From positions 1 to 32,097 of IMG/VR virus record IMGVR_UViG_3300017777_007518: a stretch of 32,097 bases of DNA; one strand, written 5' to 3'. This document shows positions 27,199 to 32,097 of this stretch, one piece after another. This stretch comes from a virus. Its lineage: Duplodnaviria > Caudoviricetes. The notes under the pieces are model-generated. The model saw only the letters and a list, made by a program, of their open reading frames with translations, had not been told where the DNA came from and ran no database searches. Numbering within the stretch: the first letter of the stretch is position 1; every line of letters begins with the position of its first letter. The position numbers were made by a program, and so were the translations under genes.

Positions 27199-30100
27199 AT
27201 GTCGGAACAAATTTTTCGTTCTCCTGGGTTTTTTGAACAGGAGATTGAGCTCACAGCCCCCGGTGCACAACCTGTGGGCATCCCTGGCGGGATTATTGGC
27301 GCTGCAGCCGGAGGCCCAGCATTTGTACCCACTACAGTGGCGTCATTTTCTGATTATCAGGCTCGCTTTGGAGGATTAAATTCAAACTTTCCTGCAACTT
27401 ATGCTGCGAATGAATGGTTAAAGCATAAAGGTGCATTAACTTTTATTAGAGTTCTTGGTGCTGGCTCAAACGCAAGTAACGCAGATTTCGCAGCGACTCT
27501 TTCACAAGGTATTGTTTTAAATGCTGGTTTCAAGTTGTCAGGCTCAACTGCTACCGTTGCTGGTGATGGCAGAGTAGCGAACACCGTTCAGCTTCTTGTT
27601 GCACGTCATTCATTACCAGCAGATATATCAACACCATCAGAATGGCGCGGCTTCCCAGTCTTTAGCGACAACCCAAGCTTTAACCCAACTACTGCTGACA
27701 CGGTTAACGTTGTCCGCGGCGTTTTGATGTTCCCGACAAGCTCACGTGGAATGGTTCTTGATATGACTGGTGCTGGTTCACAATGGACAGGCACGGGCGC
27801 CACGATTGACGACATTGCATCAATAGATCTTAACACAGCATCGTCAACATTCAAAAAGTTTAAGCTTGCAATTTCATCATCTATAGGTTCTGCGTTTACA
27901 ACAACAGACGGTGTCGCTGGTTTAAGAATAATGACAGCATCATTTGACCCAAGCTCAAATGATTATTTTGGAAATGTTCTTAACACAGATCCTCGTAAGT
28001 TTCAAGAAGAGCAACACTTATTGTACCTTGATTTTCCGGTTGAGAACGAGCTGGTAACAATCGACACCGTCGGTGATAGCCAGGTTGCAATTACATCTGG
28101 CTCTGCTGCATATCTTGGAAACTTTGGACGCTTTGATACAAGATTTAGCGCCCCAAGAACAACATCATTTATATCGCAACCATTTGGCTCAACAGAATAT
28201 GATCTGTTCCATTTTGAAACCATATCAGATGGTGCAGTAAGCAACAACAGCTTTAAGATTTCAATCTCAAACGTGAAAGCGTCAACAGATCTTACGAATG
28301 AATTTGGAACATTCGACGTCATACTTCGCGACCTTCACGACACAGACACAACTACTCGTGTTCTTGAATCATTCGCTGGTTGTGACTTAAACCCTTCAAG
28401 CAAAAATTATATTGCAAAGAAAATTGGTGACCGCAAAGTCACGTTTAACTTTGACTCGTCTGAGTCATCAGAACAACGTCTTATTATCAGCGGCAAGTTT
28501 CCAAATGCAAGTCGTAGGATTCGCGTTATTGTGAGCCCAAGCGTTGATAATAGAACAATTCCAAGCAAAGTGCTACCGTTTGGGTTTAGAGGCGTTCCAG
28601 TTATTAGAACAACACAAACGCTTACTGATACTGCTGCAACGTTATCAATTGGTGGAGCGTCGTACGGTACAGCGGGAAGTCTTCCAAGACTCGCATGCAG
28701 CTCGTCAGTTGAAACAGGTCTTACTGGTTCGATTGTTCCTCCATTACCATTTCGCTTTAAAGCAACACGTGGTGTTGTTGATGGCTCAACATATATCGGT
28801 TCACCGGGAATATTAGAGATTCCTGATTCACGCCTGCACTGGGGCGTAAAATTTGAAAAGCTTGTACCATCTGGCTCGACAGACGGTACTGTGCTAAACT
28901 CGGTAATGGACGCAAACGGTGGTCTCAATTTCAACCCTTTAATTACTGCATATTCAAAAATGCAAGGAATTCAAAAGCTGGATGTTCTTGTTACAGGCTC
29001 ACACGCAGATGCGTTTAATGCCAACAAGTTTACGCTAGCACGTGTTGCGCTGTCAAATCAGACAATCGCAGATGTCACAGGAACAATTGAAGCGCATATG
29101 AAGGAAGCTGCTTACATCAGAAATGGTACGCCAAACTCATTTGATTATCGTATTGTCGACACATCACTGACTCGACTTACTTTTGCGTCGTTGCTCGCGA
29201 GCTCTACAAGCATCTTTAATAAGTTTTCAGAATACGCGAAGTTCTCAAATATCTTTTACGGAGGATTTGATGGCATCAATATTCTTGATAATGCTGCTGC
29301 TCTGCTCGGAGACACCGCAACATCAACAGAAACAGGCGGAAGAGCAGCGTCAGGTTCGCCGGCGATAAGCATTACAGGACTTGGATACAATCCAGGCGGG
29401 TCTGACCTTAGTAACAACGCAGTTTATTCATACAGAATTGCAGCAAAGTTAATGACAGATCCTATGACAACAAACGTTAATGTCATAGCAACACCAGGCA
29501 TTAGAGACCCTCTAGTCACTGATTTCATCATGGAAAGATTATCAAATTACGCGCTTGCAATGTACGTTATTGATATTCCAAACTACACTGATGCAAACGT
29601 TAGAATCTTTGAAGGTGCAAGTCCAAAACCAAACGTCTCAAGAACTGCAGACGCTATGACAACAAGGTCACCTGATAACAACTACGTTGCCACGTACTTC
29701 CCAGATGTTTTCGTTAACGATCAGACAGCTGGTCATCGTGTTAAGGTTCCTGCATCCATTGCAGCGCTTGGTGCGCTTGCGTATGGAGATAAGGTTGCAT
29801 ATCCTTGGTATGCACCTGCAGGTTTTAACAGAGCAGCTCTAGACTTCGTATCAAACGTTGATGTTAAGTTAAGCACAAGCGATCGTGATTACCTCTATGA
29901 GAATCGCATCAATCCGATCGCAACGTTCCCAGGTAGCGGTTTCGTTATCTTTGGTCAAAAGACACTCCAGGTTTCTAAGTCTGCTTTTGACAGAGTCAAC
30001 GTTCGTCGATTGTTCCTCGAGATTAAGCGTGTTGTACAAGACGTCGCGCGCGGATTACTCTTTGAGCCTAACGACGCAGCAACAAGAACAACTTTCGTCA

Positions 30101-30303
30101 GTAGAACAACGCCCCTGTTAAGTCTGATAAAGGCACAGTCTGGTGTTGAACAGTTCAGAATCATAATGGACGACACAAACAACTCACAAGCAGATGTCGC
30201 AGCGAGCAAGCTTAACGGCAGAATCGTCGTTGTTCCAACTCGCGCTGTAGAGTTTATAGCAGTTGATTTTATTATTACACCTGCAGGCGTTGAATTCGTC
30301 TAA
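27199..30303 (+). CDS. Contractile tail sheath protein 1 (gp18-like)
   Basis: SPGFF.QEI, GPAFVP, RVLG, WYAPAGFNR, RINPI, FGQKT, RVNVRRL, LFEPND and PTRAVEFI..DF motifs. Confidence 0.95.
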   Translation: MSEQIFRSPGFFEQEIELTAPGAQPVGIPGGIIGAAAGGPAFVPTTVASFSDYQARFGGLNSNFPATYAANEWLKHKGALTFIRVLGAGSNASNADFAATLSQGIVLNAGFKLSGSTATVAGDGRVANTVQLLVARHSLPADISTPSEWRGFPVFSDNPSFNPTTADTVNVVRGVLMFPTSSRGMVLDMTGAGSQWTGTGATIDDIASIDLNTASSTFKKFKLAISSSIGSAFTTTDGVAGLRIMTASFDPSSNDYFGNVLNTDPRKFQEEQHLLYLDFPVENELVTIDTVGDSQVAITSGSAAYLGNFGRFDTRFSAPRTTSFISQPFGSTEYDLFHFETISDGAVSNNSFKISISNVKASTDLTNEFGTFDVILRDLHDTDTTTRVLESFAGCDLNPSSKNYIAKKIGDRKVTFNFDSSESSEQRLIISGKFPNASRRIRVIVSPSVDNRTIPSKVLPFGFRGVPVIRTTQTLTDTAATLSIGGASYGTAGSLPRLACSSSVETGLTGSIVPPLPFRFKATRGVVDGSTYIGSPGILEIPDSRLHWGVKFEKLVPSGSTDGTVLNSVMDANGGLNFNPLITAYSKMQGIQKLDVLVTGSHADAFNANKFTLARVALSNQTIADVTGTIEAHMKEAAYIRNGTPNSFDYRIVDTSLTRLTFASLLASSTSIFNKFSEYAKFSNIFYGGFDGINILDNAAALLGDTATSTETGGRAASGSPAISITGLGYNPGGSDLSNNAVYSYRIAAKLMTDPMTTNVNVIATPGIRDPLVTDFIMERLSNYALAMYVIDIPNYTDANVRIFEGASPKPNVSRTADAMTTRSPDNNYVATYFPDVFVNDQTAGHRVKVPASIAALGALAYGDKVAYPWYAPAGFNRAALDFVSNVDVKLSTSDRDYLYENRINPIATFPGSGFVIFGQKTLQVSKSAFDRVNVRRLFLEIKRVVQDVARGLLFEPNDAATRTTFVSRTTPLLSLIKAQSGVEQFRIIMDDTNNSQADVAASKLNGRIVVVPTRAVEFIAVDFIITPAGVEFV

Positions 30304-30309
30304 TACAAG

Positions 30310-30330
30310 ATAGTTAAACGAGAGAAGGAG
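30310..30330 (+). promoter_or_regulatory. Putative late promoter ATAGTTA and AGGAG ribosome-binding site (sheath 2)
   Basis: Recurrent motif at 30310-30316; AGGAG at 30326-30330. Confidence 0.55.
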
Positions 30331-30335
30331 AGCAA

Positions 30336-32097
30336 ATGGCAGCGCCAAAAATAACGCTTACAGAAATCGATAGCACTGGTCAGATAACAACAATACAGCC
30401 TTCAGGTAGATCCGCTGGCGTGATTGGGCCTGCGAACCAGGGTTTAGCCTTCGTTCCTGTTACAGTTGCGAATAACGTGCAGTTCAAAGAAGAATTTGGT
30501 TATGGTGATTCATTCACACATGCACCAATCGCGATGAATCAGTGGCTAAACAACGCTTCTGCAGGAACATATGTTAGAGTTCTTGGTGCAGGTGACGGTA
30601 ACGCACGAACAACTTCTGGTGTGAACACTGGAAAGGTGACAAACGCTGGTTTCGTTGCTGGCTCACGAAACGTGCAAGTGTCAACTGGACAGTTTGGAAA
30701 TAACCCATTTGCAACTGCGGGCGGAATTGAGGGTAGAACATACTTTCTTGGCTGTTACATGTCTGAAAGCGCTGGTTCATGGGTTCTTTCTGACGCCGGT
30801 GTGCAGACATCGGTAGCTGCGCAGCCAATTATTCGTGGTATAATCTTTGCAGCATCAGGCGTGCAAATCACTGTTTCAAGCTCTGCGCCTGGACAAACAT
30901 CTGACTCATATTCTTCTGCTGCAACAACTGCGTCACCAGCAAAAGGTTGGTTTACAGGCTCTATTGATCTTACTGGAGCAAAGCAACAGTTTGTTCTTTT
31001 CTTAAATGGTCATAATAACACTGGAAACGGTAGCATAATTACTGCGTCGTTTAACCCGACAGATTCAAACTACATCGCGAATGCTTTAAATCGCGATGTT
31101 TCAAGACTTGAAGAGCATGGCCACGTTCTTTATTCTCATTATGACATTTTTGATGCCTACGCTGAGCCAACTGGTTCTGGTGTTGCTGCTGAGGCATTAA
31201 TCCGTCGTCAAGGCACGGCAAACGAAATCGAGGAGATTGTTTTCTGTCTTTCTGGCTCACAAACAAGAAACAACGGAACATCTGTATTCCCCAACTTTGA
31301 CGGATTTGAGGATCGATACACGCATCCTATGACTCCGTTTATAGCATCACAGAATTTTGGCTCAACACGATATGATCTTTTCAAGATTCATGCAAGTTCT
31401 GATGGGTCAGTTGCAAATGAACTCTATAAGATAGAGATTAAAGACATAAAATATCCAACTTCTGCTGCCAGCTATGCAAAGTTTACAGTGGTTCTACGCG
31501 ATTACAACGACGTAGACTCTTCACGTGTAGCTTATGAAACATTTATTGGTTGCGATCTTGACCCTGACAGCGAAGATTACATCGTAAAGAAAATCGGCGA
31601 CTTGAACGTATATTTTGATTTTGATCGATCAGTTGACGCACAAAAAGTTGTTGAGGAGAGCCTTTACGGAAAAGTATCACGAAGAATTCGCGTTGAAGTT
31701 TCGGATGCTGTTGCAAACAAGCTTATTCCAACAAATACACTTCCTGTAGCAACCCGCGGTTATTATCACCTTATTACATCTGGCTCTGGATTTCTTGCAA
31801 CAGGAAGCGTCAACAACTCATCGCATCTTAATGTTCCAATTACAAATGCAAGAGAACTTCCTATTCCATTCCGTCACAGCATCAATAAGTCAGCCGCAGC
31901 TGGCCTGCCTAATGCGACCGCAGACGTAACACTTTGCTGGGGTCCACAATTTGATATTGCAAACTCGCTTACACGTCCGAATGACGCACTGCTGGTATCA
32001 GGGTCATTAAAATCTATTTCTGGTTTTACTAAATACTTCCCGAGCTATCATACCACGTATCAAAGCCCATGGGTTGGCGATAATGCCGGCGCCGCAA
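30336..32097 (+). CDS. Contractile tail sheath protein 2 (paralog; 3'-truncated and absent from the ORF track)
   Basis: Manual translation gives MAAPKITLTEIDSTGQ...AGVIGPANQGLAFVPVTV...AMNQWL...YVRVLGAG. Later FIASQNFGSTRYDLFK and GCDLDPDSEDYIVKKIGD match sheath 1 (FISQPFGSTEYDLFH, GCDLNPSSKNYIAKKIGD). Confidence 0.88.
   Translation, partial: MAAPKITLTEIDSTGQITTIQPSGRSAGVIGPANQGLAFVPVTVANNVQFKEEFGYGDSFTHAPIAMNQWLNNASAGTYVRVLGAGDGNARTTSGVNTGKVTNAGFVAGSRNVQVSTGQFGNNPFATAGGIEGRTYFLGCYMSESAGSWVLSDAGVQTSVAAQPIIRGIIFAASGVQITVSSSAPGQTSDSYSSAATTASPAKGWFTGSIDLTGAKQQFVLFLNGHNNTGNGSIITASFNPTDSNYIANALNRDVSRLEEHGHVLYSHYDIFDAYAEPTGSGVAAEALIRRQGTANEIEEIVFCLSGSQTRNNGTSVFPNFDGFEDRYTHPMTPFIASQNFGSTRYDLFKIHASSDGSVANELYKIEIKDIKYPTSAASYAKFTVVLRDYNDVDSSRVAYETFIGCDLDPDSEDYIVKKIGDLNVYFDFDRSVDAQKVVEESLYGKVSRRIRVEVSDAVANKLIPTNTLPVATRGYYHLITSGSGFLATGSVNNSSHLNVPITNARELPIPFRHSINKSAAAGLPNATADVTLCWGPQFDIANSLTRPNDALLVSGSLKSISGFTKYFPSYHTTYQSPWVGDNAGAA

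Noticed and set aside
1-32097. Stop-codon reassignment as seen in some large phages
   Set aside because: Genes are full length in the standard code, and TAA, TAG and TGA all end genes at sensible boundaries.
1-32097. tRNA or rRNA genes, integrase, IS elements
   Set aside because: Intergenic gaps are short and show no cloverleaf, and no such protein motifs were seen. A covariance-model scan was not possible.

Overview
This window is a 32 kb segment of a large, tailed dsDNA phage genome with T4-like, contractile-tail (myovirus) head and tail genes. All credible genes are on the + strand and use the standard code. Gene order: 3' end of a probable tail/baseplate protein, RuvC-like resolvase, DNA primase, a single-chain Mre11-Rad50 (gp47-gp46/SbcD-SbcC) fusion, two small genes, large terminase, portal with an HNH intein, a hypothetical, prohead protease with a mini-intein, four small head-region genes, scaffold, major capsid protein, a free-standing endonuclease, a small structural gene, two nucleotidyltransferase genes, three neck/tail-completion genes and two tandem tail sheath paralogs. 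The two nucleotidyltransferase genes encode a Pol-beta-like enzyme and a ligase-fold plus HxGH fusion. The second sheath gene runs off the window. A recurrent ATAN(T/C)TA motif precedes most late genes. The most interesting items are the three-domain nucleotidyltransferase cassette inside the virion module (possibly packaged in the head), inteins in two head-assembly proteins, a probable nested in-frame scaffold start and a structured 5' leader. All calls come from reading motifs by eye; no database searches were run.
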